This document shows, piece after piece, positions 7,534 through 29,541 of a stretch of 49,862 bases of DNA. Positions within the stretch are counted from its first letter, which is position 1. Each line of letters opens with the position of its first letter. The DNA lies in assembly GCA_012514865.1 (NCBI GenBank), contig JAAYZO010000034.1, positions 1 through 49,862 of the forward strand, written 5' to 3'. This stretch comes from Lentisphaerota bacterium (GTDB taxonomy: Bacteria > Verrucomicrobiota > Lentisphaeria > Oligosphaerales > JAFGRS01). Position numbers and translations under genes: made by a program. The notes beneath the pieces were generated by a model. The model saw only the letters and a program-made list of their open reading frames with translations. It did no database searches and was not told where the DNA came from.

Positions 7534-9333
7534 ATGGCAACCAACACCAACCAACCCGCGCATCTCGATCTCGACAACATGCCCAGCATGGAGCAGTTGC
7601 TGGAGCAACAGGCCACCAAGGCCGCCTTCCAGGAAGGCCGCATCATCACCGGCAAGATCGCCGAGAAGCGTGACAACGGCGTGCTGCTGGACATCGGTTA
7701 CAAGGCCGAGGGCTTTGTGGACCGCGAGGAGTTCAAGGACTGGGAGAGCGTTGCGGTGGGGCAGGTCGTCGACGTCTACCTCGAGGAGATCGAGGACGAA
7801 GACAGCATGCCGGTCCTGAGTGTTCGCAAGGCCGAGCTGCAGAAGGCCTGGGACAACATTGTCGAGAACTACAAAGAGGGCAGCACGATCCGCGGTGCGA
7901 TTCGGCATCGTGTCAAGGGCGGCCTGATTGTGGATGTGGGTGTCGAGGCGTTTCTGCCGGGTTCGCAGGTGGATCTCGGTCCGGTGCGGAATCTCGATGA
8001 CTACGTCGGCAAGGAAGAGGACTTCAAGATTCTCAAGATCAACCCGGACCGCCGGAACATCGTGGTCTCGCGCCGCGAGCTTCTGGAGGAGGCGCGTGCC
8101 GAGCAGCGTGCCCGTCTGCTGTCCGAGCTGTAGCCGAACGAGATTCGTCGCGGCGTGGTGAAGAACATCACCGACTTCGGTGCGTTTGTCGACCTCAACG
8201 GCATGGACGGCCTGCTGCATATCACCGACATGTCCTGGGGCCGTGTGAGTCATCCGAGCGAGGTGGTGAAGGTCGGCCAGGAGATCGACGTGATGATCCT
8301 GGATGTCGACCGTGAGCGTCATCGCGTCAGCCTGGGTCTGAAGCAGAAGGAAGGCAATCCGTGGGACACGGTTGACGTCAAGTACCCGATCAACTCGCGG
8401 GTGAAGGGCCGTGTGGTGAACGTCATGCCGTACGGCGGTTTTGTGGAGCTTGAGGAGGGCATCGAGGGCCTGATTCACGTCTCCGAGATGAGCTGGACGA
8501 AGAAGGTGAACCGTGCCAGTGACGTCCTGCAGGTCGGTGACGAGGTTGAGGCGATGGTTCTGGACGTCCAGAAGGACGCCCGCAAGATCAGCCTGGGCCT
8601 GCGCCAGACCATGGAGAATCCGTGGGATCTGATTGCCCTGCAGTTCCCGAAGGGGACGAAGATCAAGGGCAAGGTCCGGAACATGACCAGCTACGGTGCC
8701 TTCATCCAGATTCAGGATGACATCGACGGCATGGTCCACGTCAGCGACATGAGCTGGACGCGCAAGATCAACCACCCGAGCGAGGTCCTGCAGCGCGGTC
8801 AGGAAGTCGAGGCGGTGATTCTGGACATCGACCCGAGCCAGCAGCGCATTTCGCTGGGCATGCGCCAGTTGATGGACGACCCGTGGTCGAGCATCGAGCA
8901 GCACTACCACGTCGGCGACGTGGTGGAGGGCAAGGTGACGAAGCTGGCCTCGTTTGGTGCCTTCGTCGAGCTGGCGAACGGCGTCGACGGCCTGATTCAC
9001 ATCTCGCAGCTCTCCGGTGAGCGTGTGAACCGGGTGCGCGACGTGGTGAATGTCGGCGACCCGGTCAAGGCCCGCGTGGTGAAGATCGACGCCGAGGAGC
9101 GTCGCATCGGGCTGAGCCTGAAGGACGCCTCGGAGGATTCCGAGTACGCGGCCGAGTTCGAGGGGATGCGTTCGATGTCCGACCTCCGTCCGGGCGAGGA
9201 CCTGGTGGATGTCGGCAATGTGTTCGACGAGGCCTTTGCCAAGGCCGCGGGCGACGCGGATGCGTCGGCGGCCGCGGCGGCGGCGGAGGACGAGGATGCG
9301 TCGGAGTCCGACACCGAGCCGCGTCAGGGCTGA
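7534..9333 (+). CDS. rpsA: 30S ribosomal protein S1 (six S1 domains), reading frame interrupted by an in-frame TAG at 8131-8133
   Basis: ORFs 7534..8133 and 8155..9333 are in the same frame. Six S1 modules are present (e.g. VVKNITDFGAFVDLNGMDGLLHITDMSW, VVNVMPYGGFVELEEGIEGLIHVSEMSW). The TAG falls where E. coli S1 has Q in ...[11 protein letters not shown]... Confidence 0.9.
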
Positions 9334-9347
9334 CGACGGCGTGGGGG

Positions 9348-9376
9348 CTCCGGCGGCGCTGCGGGTGTCGCCGGAG
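9348..9376 (+). terminator. Hairpin after rpsA (CTCCGGCG-13 nt-CGCCGGAG) followed by TCTCTC
   Basis: 8-bp perfect inverted repeat 15 nt after the stop. The U-tract is weak. Confidence 0.4.
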
Positions 9377-9418
9377 TCTCTCACGGGTCTGTGGGCTGGA
9401 AAAAGCACAGGCGCCAGC

Positions 9419-9446
9419 TTGCAGGCCATTGCGGACCGCCTATAGT
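9419..9446 (+). promoter_or_regulatory. Sigma70-like promoter for tRNA-Thr/tuf (TTGCAG-16 nt-TATAGT)
   Basis: Read directly. The -10 element ends 24 nt before the tRNA 5' end. Confidence 0.5.
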
Positions 9447-9469
9447 ATTCGGTCCACAGTTCTCGGGGT

Positions 9470-9545
<76 letters not shown>

Positions 9546-9643
9546 GTCACCGAGCCCGAGGGGCGCGGTTGGCTGCGGAGCCACCGAGGGCTGAGCGCCT
9601 GCGGCAGAGTTAGCTGTTATAGTCAGTCAGGAGGCAGACGAAG

Positions 9644-10852
<1,209 letters not shown>

Positions 10853-10862
10853 GGGCACGCCG

Positions 10863-10882
10863 CGGGGGCCTGCGGGCCCCCG
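10863..10882 (+). terminator. GC hairpin after tuf (CGGGGGCC-TGCG-GGCCCCCG)
   Basis: 8-bp perfect stem 10 nt after the TAA. No U-tract. Confidence 0.4.
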
Positions 10883-11014
10883 TGATCAGGTCAGGCGTTC
10901 ACGGTGCGGCTGACGCGTCGTGGACGCCTGGGTTCTGTCGTGACAGTGAACGACCGGCGGGTTGCCGGTGCGGCCCGGAAGCGGGCCGTGGACGACGTAG
11001 CGTAAGGTGAGCCA

Positions 11015-11167
11015 ATGCCGGCCGAAATCATTACTCTGGCGTGCACCGAGTGCAAGCGGCGCAACTACACCACGATCAAGAACCGCCGCAACACGACGGG
11101 CCGTCTGGAGCTGAAGAAGTTCTGTCCGTTTGAGCGTAAGGCGACGCTGCATCGCGAGACGCGCTGA
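11015..11167 (+). CDS. rpmG: 50S ribosomal protein L33 (50 aa; below the ORF-track size cut-off)
   Basis: Hand translation gives [50 protein letters not shown]. It has the CxxC...C zinc-ribbon-type L33 pattern, an AAGGTGA RBS and the conserved position before tRNA-Trp/secE. Confidence 0.85.
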   Translation: MPAEIITLACTECKRRNYTTIKNRRNTTGRLELKKFCPFERKATLHRETR

Positions 11168-11196
11168 GGCGTCCCAAGGCGGTCGGGCTGACATGC

Positions 11197-11272
<76 letters not shown>

Positions 11273-11337
11273 GTTCATTTCACAGGATGGGGTGTAGGCC
11301 GCAGCGGCTGCGCCAGGGAAGGGTAGGATCCGGTCCC

Positions 11338-11538
11338 ATGATCAACCCGATCGAGAAGATCACGGCAGTCTACCACGACACCGTCGCCGAGTTGCGCAAG
11401 TGCACCTGGCCGAGCTGGAACGAGCTGGTCGAGTCGACGGTGGTGGTGATGGCGTCACTGGTGATTATGGCGGCGTTTGTAGGGGCGACCGACTGGGTCG
11501 TCCGGGCGCTGATCCAGCTCCTGACCGTCGGGCGTTGA
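11338..11538 (+). CDS. secE: Preprotein translocase subunit SecE (66 aa)
   Basis: MINPIEKITAVYHDTVAELRKCTWPSWNELVESTVVVMASLVIMAAFVG... has the K-V-x-WP-type motif plus a single TM helix. Its position before nusG fits. The ORF-track start at 11212 lies inside the tRNA. Confidence 0.85.
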   Translation: MINPIEKITAVYHDTVAELRKCTWPSWNELVESTVVVMASLVIMAAFVGATDWVVRALIQLLTVGR

Positions 11539-11590
11539 CATGCAGGCCGGCCAGAGCCTCGGGCAAGTTCAGAGCGGGACAACGCAATCG

Positions 11591-12157
11591 ATGAGCGACA
11601 CCCAACAGGAAAAGGCGCAGTGGTTCGTTGTCCAGACCATGTCTGGTCAGGAGAACCGCGTCAAGCAGAGCATCGAGCGGCGGCGCGACCAGGAAGACGT
11701 CGCCGATCTGGTGTTGGAGGTGGTGATTCCGACCGAGAAGGTCTCGGAGCGCCGCCAGGGTCGTCGTGTCACCTCGGAGCGCAAGCTCTACCCCGGCTAC
11801 ATCCTGATGAAGGCCTGTCTGTTTGAAGCGGACGGCCAGCCGAATCACCGGGCCTGGTACTTCATTCGTGAGACGCAGGGCATCATCGGTTTTGTGGGCG
11901 GTGAGCGGCCGGTGCCGCTGTCGGCGCACGAAGTCGAGGAGATGCTGACGCAGTGTCGGGCGAACGAAGAGGGCAGCAAGCCGAAGGTCCAGTTCCAGAT
12001 CGGCGAGAGTGTGACGATTCGCGATGGCGCCTTCGAGAACTTCGAGGGTGTGATTGAGAATGTCGATGCCGACCGCGGCAAGTTGCGGGTATCGGTCACC
12101 ATTTTCGGGCGCTCCACCCCGGTGGAAGTGGAGTATTGGCAGGTCGAGCGAGCCTGA
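11591..12157 (+). CDS. nusG: Transcription termination/antitermination factor NusG
   Basis: ...KAQWFVVQTMSGQENRVKQSIE... (NGN domain) and a C-terminal KOW (GESVTIRDGAFENFEGVIENVD). The start at ATG 11591 was chosen over the ORF start at 11540. Confidence 0.9.
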   Translation: MSDTQQEKAQWFVVQTMSGQENRVKQSIERRRDQEDVADLVLEVVIPTEKVSERRQGRRVTSERKLYPGYILMKACLFEADGQPNHRAWYFIRETQGIIGFVGGERPVPLSAHEVEEMLTQCRANEEGSKPKVQFQIGESVTIRDGAFENFEGVIENVDADRGKLRVSVTIFGRSTPVEVEYWQVERA

Positions 12158-12254
12158 CGCCAGCCAGGCCGTTCGGGTCCACGATGCACACCAGCACACG
12201 CGCTCCTGGGAGAGTGCCTGCCAGCTCTGACCAGCGGCGTGGAGAAAGGGCAAG

Positions 12255-12689
12255 ATGGCAAAGAAAGTCGTAGGCGAAGTACGCCTGCAGATCCCCGCTG
12301 GTGCCGCCAATCCGGCGCCGCCGGTTGGTCCCGCGCTGGGTCAGGCCGGGGTCAACATCATGGAGTTCTGCAAGCAGTTCAACGCCGCGACCCAGTCCCA
12401 GGCCGGGCTGATCATTCCGGTGGTCATCACGGTCTATCAGGATCGGTCCTTCACCTTCATCACCAAGAGTCCGCCGGCGGCGGTGCTGCTGAAGAAAGCG
12501 GCCAATCTGGCCAGCGGCGCCAAGACGACGGGCCGGGAGAAGGTGGGCAAGGTGACCCGCCGCGATCTGGTTCAGATTGCGGAGATGAAGAAGGACGACC
12601 TGAACACGGCGGACATGGACGCGGCTGTGAAGATCATTGCCGGCACGGCGCGCAGCATGGGAATCGAGGTGGTCGATGAAGAGAAGTAA
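12255..12689 (+). CDS. rplK: 50S ribosomal protein L11
   Basis: [44 protein letters not shown]... is the canonical L11 sequence. Confidence 0.97.
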   Translation: MAKKVVGEVRLQIPAGAANPAPPVGPALGQAGVNIMEFCKQFNAATQSQAGLIIPVVITVYQDRSFTFITKSPPAAVLLKKAANLASGAKTTGREKVGKVTRRDLVQIAEMKKDDLNTADMDAAVKIIAGTARSMGIEVVDEEK

Positions 12690-13371
12690 GCTCTATCGCT
12701 CACGCCTCGCCCAGGTTGACAGGCAGACGCGCTACGGTCTGAACGACGCGATTGCGTTGCTCAAGACGCTGCCGGTACCGAAGTTCGACGAGACCGTCGA
12801 GCTGAGTTTCCGTCTCGGGATTGACCCGAGGCAGTCGGACCAGGTGGTGCGCGGCGCCCTGGTTCTTCCGAAGGGCACGGGCAAGAAGGTCCGCGTGGCG
12901 GTCATTGCCGAGGGTGACGCGGCGCAGAAGGCGCGTGATGCCGGTGCTGACGAGGTGGGCTACGAGGATCTGCTCGAGCGCATCAAGGGCGGCTGGCTTG
13001 AGTTCGACGTGCTGATTGCGACGCCGGACGCCATGAAGGTGGTCCGCACCCTGGGTCGTGTGCTCGGTCCGCGCGGTCTGATGCCGAACCCGAAGACCGG
13101 TACCGTCACCGACGACACGGCCACGGCCGTTCAGGAGTCGAAGGGCGGTCGTGTCGAGTATCGTTGTGACCGTGCCGGGTGCGTTCAGATGCCGATCGGG
13201 AAGCTGAGTTTTGCGGCTGCGGATCTGGCGGTGAACGCTGATGCGGCGTGCCACACGATCATGCGGGCGCGGCCGGCGACGGCGAAGGGCACCTACGTGC
13301 TGTCCGCGACCCTCAGTGCCACGATGAGTCCAGGTCTGCGGCTGGACCTCAAAGACGTAGTGAGGGCCTAA
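12676..13371 (+). CDS. rplA: 50S ribosomal protein L1
   Basis: [30 protein letters not shown]...[21 protein letters not shown]. The start overlaps the end of rplK. Confidence 0.95.
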   Translation: MKRSKLYRSRLAQVDRQTRYGLNDAIALLKTLPVPKFDETVELSFRLGIDPRQSDQVVRGALVLPKGTGKKVRVAVIAEGDAAQKARDAGADEVGYEDLLERIKGGWLEFDVLIATPDAMKVVRTLGRVLGPRGLMPNPKTGTVTDDTATAVQESKGGRVEYRCDRAGCVQMPIGKLSFAAADLAVNADAACHTIMRARPATAKGTYVLSATLSATMSPGLRLDLKDVVRA

Positions 13372-13377
13372 GCACCG

Positions 13378-13902
13378 ATGAGAGCCGAAAAGACACAACT
13401 AGTCCACGACATCCGTGCCCTCATCGACGCGTCTCCGGACCTGTTTCTGATGGGGTACACGGGGTTGACCGCGGCAGACTTCCGGGCTCTGCGCGGGGCG
13501 CTGGCGGCTCATGGCAGCCAGTGTCATGTCGTTCCGAACCGTCTCCTGGCGATCGCCGCCAAGGACGCGGGCCTGAGCGCCCTGAGCGCGGTCGAGCTGA
13601 AGCTCGACACCGCGCTGGTGTGTGGGGGTACGGATCCGGTGGCGGTGGCGAAGGTCCTGCGGGACTTTGCGCGCACGCACGACAAGGCGGTGGTGCGGAT
13701 GGCGGTTCTGGAGGGCAAGCTCCTGAACGCTGCCGAGGCGGCCGCCCTGGCGGATCTGCCGCCGCGTGAGGTGCTCCTGGCTCAGGTCCTCGGGCTGCTG
13801 CAGGCTCCGGCCGCGCAGCTGGTCCGGGTGCTCAATGCCAAGGTGGCGAGCGTGGTGTACGTGCTCAACGCGTACCTGAGTGAGAAAGAGAAAGCAGCCT
13901 GA
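13378..13902 (+). CDS. rplJ: 50S ribosomal protein L10
   Basis: 174 aa between rplA and rplL. The N-terminal K..LV..I......P.....Y.GL....FR.LR pattern is typical of L10. Confidence 0.9.
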   Translation: MRAEKTQLVHDIRALIDASPDLFLMGYTGLTAADFRALRGALAAHGSQCHVVPNRLLAIAAKDAGLSALSAVELKLDTALVCGGTDPVAVAKVLRDFARTHDKAVVRMAVLEGKLLNAAEAAALADLPPREVLLAQVLGLLQAPAAQLVRVLNAKVASVVYVLNAYLSEKEKAA

Positions 13903-13924
13903 TAAAGCGCGGAGGAATCCCAGC

Positions 13925-14332
13925 ATGTCCGACGAAACCAAAGTTGCGGTGTCCCAGGAAATGGAGAGCTTCATCTCCTACATCGAGAAGCTCACGGTGC
14001 TTGAGCTGTCGCAGTTGGTGAAGGCCCTCGAGGATCGCCTCGGGGTCAGCGCGGCGGCCCCGATGGCGGTGGCGGCGGCGGCGCCCGGTGCGGCGGCGGC
14101 GGCTCCGGCGGCCGAAGAGAAGACCGAGTTCAACGTCATCCTGACCTCGGGCGGCGAGAAGAAGATTGCCGTCATCAAGGTGGTTCGCGAGATCACGGGT
14201 CTGGGCCTGAAGGAAGCGAAGGACCTGGTGACCGAGGCCCCGAAGCCGGTCAAGGAGAACGTGAGCAAGGACGAGGCCGACAAGATCAAGGCCAAGCTCG
14301 AGGAGGCCGGCGCGACGGTCGAACTCAAGTAG
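13925..14332 (+). CDS. rplL: 50S ribosomal protein L7/L12
   Basis: ...[24 protein letters not shown]...Ala-rich hinge...[35 protein letters not shown]...[14 protein letters not shown], ending in a TAG TAG double stop. Confidence 0.97.
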   Translation: MSDETKVAVSQEMESFISYIEKLTVLELSQLVKALEDRLGVSAAAPMAVAAAAPGAAAAAPAAEEKTEFNVILTSGGEKKIAVIKVVREITGLGLKEAKDLVTEAPKPVKENVSKDEADKIKAKLEEAGATVELK

Positions 14333-14375
14333 TAGTGCGCTGTTCCGCAGCATCTGTTTCCGCATAACGGACCGT

Positions 14376-14401
14376 GGGAGGTCGGCTGCGGCCGGCCTCC
14401 C
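14376..14401 (+). terminator. Hairpin in the rplL-rpoB spacer (GGGAGGTCGGC-TGC-GGCCGGCCTCCC), possible attenuator
   Basis: Stem of about 11 bp with one mismatch. A partial terminator at this position is known in the E. coli rplJL-rpoBC operon. Confidence 0.4.
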
Positions 14402-14471
14402 ATGCGTCCTTTGTCTCGTGTTCGGGACCGTGTGGCGTATCGGTCAACTACTCACGTGAGGCGACACTGGC

Positions 14472-18362
<3,891 letters not shown>

Positions 18363-18438
18363 GTGGGGCCGGGCGCGAAGCGGGCAAAGAGTCGACAATC
18401 TGGGACCCAGTCCCGTTCCTATCTGGAGGGCAGTTGCC

Positions 18439-22653
<4,215 letters not shown>

Positions 22654-22761
22654 GAAGGTACGCGGCCGTCGGCGAGGGTCCTGCCCGTCGGGCAGACTCG
22701 CGGCGGCGGCCGTTCCGACAGTGGCCGTGGCACGGCAGGCTGGGCAGCCGCGGCCGGTAGG

Positions 22762-22797
22762 GTCGTCCGGGAGCGCGACGAGCGACTCCCGGACGAC
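22762..22797 (+). terminator. Hairpin between rpoC and rpsL (GTCGTCCGGGAG-12 nt-CTCCCGGACGAC)
   Basis: 12-bp perfect inverted repeat. Its 3' arm abuts the TTGCAA of the putative rpsL promoter. Confidence 0.5.
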
Positions 22798-22825
22798 TTG
22801 CAACTTGCTGCCCATTGCCTACATT
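22798..22825 (+). promoter_or_regulatory. Sigma70-like promoter for the str operon (TTGCAA-16 nt-TACATT)
   Basis: Read directly in an AT-rich patch 40 nt upstream of the rpsL ATG. Confidence 0.5.
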
Positions 22826-22865
22826 ATCAGACTTGTTTCGCGCAGGTGTCAACAAGGGAACCGGA

Positions 22866-23237
22866 ATGCCGACGATCAACCAGCTTGTCAGGAAGGGCCG
22901 CTCGGCCAAGACCAAGAAGAACAAGGTGCGCGCTCTGGCGCGTTGCCCGCAGCGTCGCGGCGTGTGCCTGCAAGTGACCACCCGGACGCCGAAGAAGCCG
23001 AACTCGGCGTTGCGCAAGGTCGCCCGGGTGCGCCTGACCAACGGCGAAGAGGTGACCGCCTACATCGGCGGTGAGGGCCACAACCTCCAGGAGCACAGCG
23101 TCGTGCTGGTGCGCGGCGGCCGTGTGCGTGACCTGCCCGGCGTGCGCTATCACATCGTGCGTGGTTCGCTGGACTCCCTCGGTGTCGAGGCGCGTCGTCG
23201 CGGCCGCAGCAAGTACGGCGCCAAGCGTCCGAAGTGA
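22866..23237 (+). CDS. rpsL: 30S ribosomal protein S12
   Basis: [12 protein letters not shown]...[72 protein letters not shown]. Confidence 0.97.
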   Translation: MPTINQLVRKGRSAKTKKNKVRALARCPQRRGVCLQVTTRTPKKPNSALRKVARVRLTNGEEVTAYIGGEGHNLQEHSVVLVRGGRVRDLPGVRYHIVRGSLDSLGVEARRRGRSKYGAKRPK

Positions 23238-23392
23238 TGAGGAGCGCGGTCGCGGTCGGCGCGGTCCGGTGGGCCGTGCCCGCGTCCGTCGAGACGTATG
23301 CACAGGCCCGGCTGCGGCCGGGGGTCGCTCGAGAATAACCGTGGGTGCGCCAGCGGCCGCCCTGCCGAGGTTCGGCAAGCCAGGATGAGACG

Positions 23393-23863
23393 ATGAGAAG
23401 GCGTAAAGCAGAGAAGCGTCCCTTGACACCGGATGTGCGCTATAACAGCGACCTGGTGGCGCGGCTGATCAACACCATCATGGAACGCGGCAAGAAGGCC
23501 ACGGCGCAGACGATCGTCTATGGCGCCATGGAGACGATTGCCGAGCGTAAGAAGGGCGTTGAGCCCATGGAAGTATTCCTGCAGGCCCTGGAGAACGTCA
23601 AGCCGCGTCTTGAGGTCAAGAGCCGCCGTGTTGGTGGTGCGACCTATCAGGTGCCGCTGGAGGTGGCTCCGGAGCGTCAGGTCGCGGTGGCGATGCGCTG
23701 GATCACCGGCTATGCCCGTGGGCGTCACGGCATGCCGATGAAGGACGCCCTGGCGGCCGAGCTGCTGGATGCCTACGACAACACGGGCAACGCCGTGAAG
23801 AAGCGTGACGACACGCACAAGATGGCCAACGCCAACCGCGCGTTTGCTCACTATCGCTGGTAA
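23393..23863 (+). CDS. rpsG: 30S ribosomal protein S7
   Basis: [39 protein letters not shown]...[14 protein letters not shown]...[12 protein letters not shown]. Confidence 0.97.
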   Translation: MRRRKAEKRPLTPDVRYNSDLVARLINTIMERGKKATAQTIVYGAMETIAERKKGVEPMEVFLQALENVKPRLEVKSRRVGGATYQVPLEVAPERQVAVAMRWITGYARGRHGMPMKDALAAELLDAYDNTGNAVKKRDDTHKMANANRAFAHYRW

Positions 23864-23911
23864 TACGGAGGCCCGCCGGGCCGTATCGGGCCGGTCGGGG
23901 ATGGCGTCATC

Positions 23912-26005
<2,094 letters not shown>

Positions 26006-26028
26006 TGTAAAGAGGTCTGACCGTAGAC

Positions 26029-26340
26029 ATGGCTAACAGACAGCAGATTCGCATTCGACTCCAGGCCTTTGAGCACAGCATCCTGGATCAGTCCACCAGC
26101 GAGATCGTGACGACGGTGAAGCGCACCGGTGCCCAGATCGCCGGCCCGATTCCCCTGCCGACGCGCATCGAGCGCTTCACGGTCAACCGCTCGCCGCACG
26201 TGGACAAGAAGTCCATGGAGCAGTTCGAAATCCGCACGCACAAGCGGGTCCTGGATATCATCAACCCCACCGCCAAGACCGTCGACGAGCTGAAGAAGCT
26301 CAACCTGCCGGCCGGCGTGGACATCAGCATCAAGATTTGA
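26029..26340 (+). CDS. rpsJ: 30S ribosomal protein S10
   Basis: [18 protein letters not shown]...[35 protein letters not shown]. Confidence 0.97.
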   Translation: MANRQQIRIRLQAFEHSILDQSTSEIVTTVKRTGAQIAGPIPLPTRIERFTVNRSPHVDKKSMEQFEIRTHKRVLDIINPTAKTVDELKKLNLPAGVDISIKI

Positions 26341-26363
26341 CCTGAGCGGGAGCATTGCCCACG

Positions 26364-26999
26364 ATGAAGAAGGGTATCATTGGCAAGAAGCTGGGCATGA
26401 CCCAGGTCTACGACGAGAACGGCACACGGATCCCCGTGACCGTGATCGAGGTGGGGCCGTGCCCGGTCCTGGCGCTGCGTACGCAGGGCCACGACGGTTA
26501 CAGCGCCGTGCAGCTCGGCTTCGGCCAGCGCAAGGCGAAGAACACGACCAAGGCCGTTCGCGGCCAGGTCCGCGCGGCGGGCCTCGAGGACACGCCGCCG
26601 GCGTTGATTCGCGAGGTTCGTCTGAATGCCGATCCCGAGGTGAAGGTCGGTGACGTCCTGAAGGCGGATGTGTTTGCCAAGGGCGACATCGTCGACATTT
26701 CGGGTGTGACGAAGGGCCGCGGTTTCCAGGGTGTGGTTCGCCGCTGGGGTTTCGCCGGCGGCCGTGCCAGTCACGGCGGCGGCTGGGTTCGCCGGCCGGG
26801 CTCGATCGGCATGAAGGTCGCCCCCGGCCGCGTCTTCCCCGGGAAGCGTATGGGCGGTCATATGGGCAGCGTGACGCGCACGGTGCAGAACCTGCGCGTG
26901 GTCGACGTGCGTCTGGCCGACGACGTGATTCTGGTGAGCGGGGCCATCCCGGGTCCCACGGGCGGCACCGTCATGGTCCGCAGCGCAGTCAAGCACTAG
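26364..26999 (+). CDS. rplC: 50S ribosomal protein L3
   Basis: [31 protein letters not shown]...[26 protein letters not shown] 26364 is preferred to the TTG at 26355. Confidence 0.95.
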   Translation: MKKGIIGKKLGMTQVYDENGTRIPVTVIEVGPCPVLALRTQGHDGYSAVQLGFGQRKAKNTTKAVRGQVRAAGLEDTPPALIREVRLNADPEVKVGDVLKADVFAKGDIVDISGVTKGRGFQGVVRRWGFAGGRASHGGGWVRRPGSIGMKVAPGRVFPGKRMGGHMGSVTRTVQNLRVVDVRLADDVILVSGAIPGPTGGTVMVRSAVKH

Positions 27000-27019
27000 A
27001 CCGGAGAGCGTGAGCAACC

Positions 27020-27664
27020 ATGGCTACCACACTTCCAGTTTTGGATATCCAAGGCGGCGCGGCCGCTGCGGTGGACGTTAACGACGCCTGGCTGGAGCGC
27101 GAGAAGGGCGCCCAGGCGGTGAAGGACTCGGTGGTGGCGCACCTGGCGCAGCGGCGTTCGGGTACGGCCAGCACCAAGAATCGTGCGGCGGTGGCGGGCA
27201 GCAGTGCCAAGCCGTACCGCCAGAAGGGCACCGGCCGGGCGCGTGCCGGCAGCCGCAAGAGCCCCGTGTGGCGTGGCGGCGGCGTGGTCTTCGGGCCCCT
27301 GCCGCGCAGCTACAGCAAGCACGTCAACCGCAAGGTCCAGCGCCTGGCTCTGCGCCGCGCCTTCACCGAGCGCGTTGACGCCGGCGATGTGATCGTGGTG
27401 AACGAGGTCGCCATCGACGACGCCAAGACCCGCCGCATGGTCGAGTTCCTCGAGCGCATCGGCGCCGGCCAGGACGCCCTGGTGCTGGTCGACGAGCTGT
27501 CGCCGAGCGTGGCGACGGCGGCGCGCAATCTGCCCTGCGTGCACGTCATGAAGGCCGCCTCGGTCAACGCCTATCTGCTCTTGCAGTTCCGCAAGATCGT
27601 GTTCAGTCGTGCCGGTCTCGAGGCCTTTGGCAAGCGGCTGGTGACGGTGAAGGAGGGCAAGTGA
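27020..27664 (+). CDS. rplD: 50S ribosomal protein L4
   Basis: ...[34 protein letters not shown]... in the conserved order. Confidence 0.95.
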   Translation: MATTLPVLDIQGGAAAAVDVNDAWLEREKGAQAVKDSVVAHLAQRRSGTASTKNRAAVAGSSAKPYRQKGTGRARAGSRKSPVWRGGGVVFGPLPRSYSKHVNRKVQRLALRRAFTERVDAGDVIVVNEVAIDDAKTRRMVEFLERIGAGQDALVLVDELSPSVATAARNLPCVHVMKAASVNAYLLLQFRKIVFSRAGLEAFGKRLVTVKEGK

Positions 27665-27665
27665 T

Positions 27666-27947
27666 ATGGAACCCTACAAGACCGTACAGTCGATTCTGGT
27701 GACTGAGAAGGGCACCGTGCTGGCGGACTCTCACCGTCAGTACACCTTCAAGGTCGCCAAGACCGCCCGCAAGATCGAGATTCGCGCTGCGGTCGAGGCC
27801 CTCTTTGACGTCAAGGTCAAGGCGGTGAATGTGATGAACCGCAAGGGCAAGCTGAAGCGCATGCGTTCGGCGGCCGGCTATGGCAAGCGCCCGGACTGGA
27901 AGAAGGCGATCGTGACCCTTTCCGAGGGCGAGATCGAGATCATCTAG
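27666..27947 (+). CDS. rplW: 50S ribosomal protein L23
   Basis: ...LVTEKGT......YTFKV...A.K.EI..AVE.LF.VKV..VN.. in the conserved order. Confidence 0.93.
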   Translation: MEPYKTVQSILVTEKGTVLADSHRQYTFKVAKTARKIEIRAAVEALFDVKVKAVNVMNRKGKLKRMRSAAGYGKRPDWKKAIVTLSEGEIEII

Positions 27948-27987
27948 AAAGCACGGCGGCGCCTGCGGGCGCGGAAGGGCATAGGCG

Positions 27988-28814
<827 letters not shown>

Positions 28815-28815
<1 letters not shown>

Positions 28816-29084
28816 TGAGTCGCTCAGTCAAGAAGGGCCCGTTCGTCGACGCCCCGCTGATGGACAAGGTCCAGGCGCTGAACAGCAGTGGCCGCAAGGC
28901 GGTCATCAAGACCTGGTCGCGGCGTTCGATGATTCTGCCCGAGTTCGTCGGGCACACCTTTGCCGTCCACAACGGCAAGATCCACCAGAACGTCTTCGTG
29001 ACGGAGAACATGGTCGGCCACCGCCTTGGCGAGTTCGTCGCCACGCGCACGTTCCGCGGCCACGGTACCATCTCCGGCAAGTGA
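28815..29084 (+). CDS. rpsS: 30S ribosomal protein S19
   Basis: [15 protein letters not shown].......[25 protein letters not shown]....[20 protein letters not shown]. The GTG start overlaps the rplB stop. Confidence 0.96.
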
Positions 29085-29154
29085 CGGTTGCCGACGGCGT
29101 GGCGCCGTCAGCCCCGTCCCGCGGGGCCAGCCCGCCACCCGACGGTCGCCCAAG

Positions 29155-29216
29155 GGCCGAACGCCGCCCGGGAGGACTCTCGAGTCCGCTCCCCGGGGGT
29201 GTTCGGCCTTTTTCTT
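29155..29216 (+). terminator. Intrinsic terminator after rpsS (GGCCGAAC ... GTTCGGCC + TTTTTCTTGTGT)
   Basis: 8-bp outer stem enclosing a further partly paired GC-rich segment. An unusually T-rich run for this genome follows immediately. Confidence 0.65.
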
Positions 29217-29235
29217 GTGTGGCCGTGGCCAAGCC

Positions 29236-29280
29236 AGGGACACCAGGGACACCAGGGACACCAGGGACACCAGGGGCGCC
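29236..29280. repeat. Tandem array, 5 x 9 bp (AGGGACACC; last unit degenerate)
   Basis: Counted directly. The consensus matches the 3371-3478 array. Confidence 0.9.
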
Positions 29281-29541
29281 TCAGCGGCGCGCGGATCTGC
29301 GGCGAGCCCATCCTGGCGTCCCTTGGGTCGCTTGGGGCCCTTTCCCGGAGGCACCAGGCTCACAGTCCCGGGCGCCGTGGGCGGCGCCGGTTGCGGGACG
29401 ATCGTTGGCGCCGCGGATTGCCATCGGGGCTCTGACGGGAGATAGTCCGGGACGGCGGACGCCGGCGGTTCGTCACGGCCTGCGTCCGCGTTTACGGTGT
29501 CCGGTGGTCAAGGCGGTAGGGATTCTGGGAGGCGATACGCC

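Noticed and set aside
8131-8133. TAG reassigned to a sense codon (alternative genetic code or pyrrolysine) as an explanation for the rpsA interruption.
   Set aside because: TAG terminates at least seven good genes here at their expected lengths: rplL (TAG TAG), fusA, rplC, rplW, rplB, the tautomerase and the pseudokinase. No pyl genes or PYLIS-like context is seen.
8155-9333. rpsA as two independently translated genes, with the second starting at GTG 8155.
   Set aside because: There is no Shine-Dalgarno-like sequence upstream. The seven conserved codons between TAG and GTG (PNEIRRG) encode the start of S1 domain 3 and align with E. coli. This is not fully excluded; see the finding.
23238-23392. 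The rpsL-rpsG intercistronic spacer (155 nt) as an S7 autoregulatory element.
   Set aside because: This is plausible by analogy with E. coli. I could not identify a convincing conserved structure, only short GC stems, so I did not call it.
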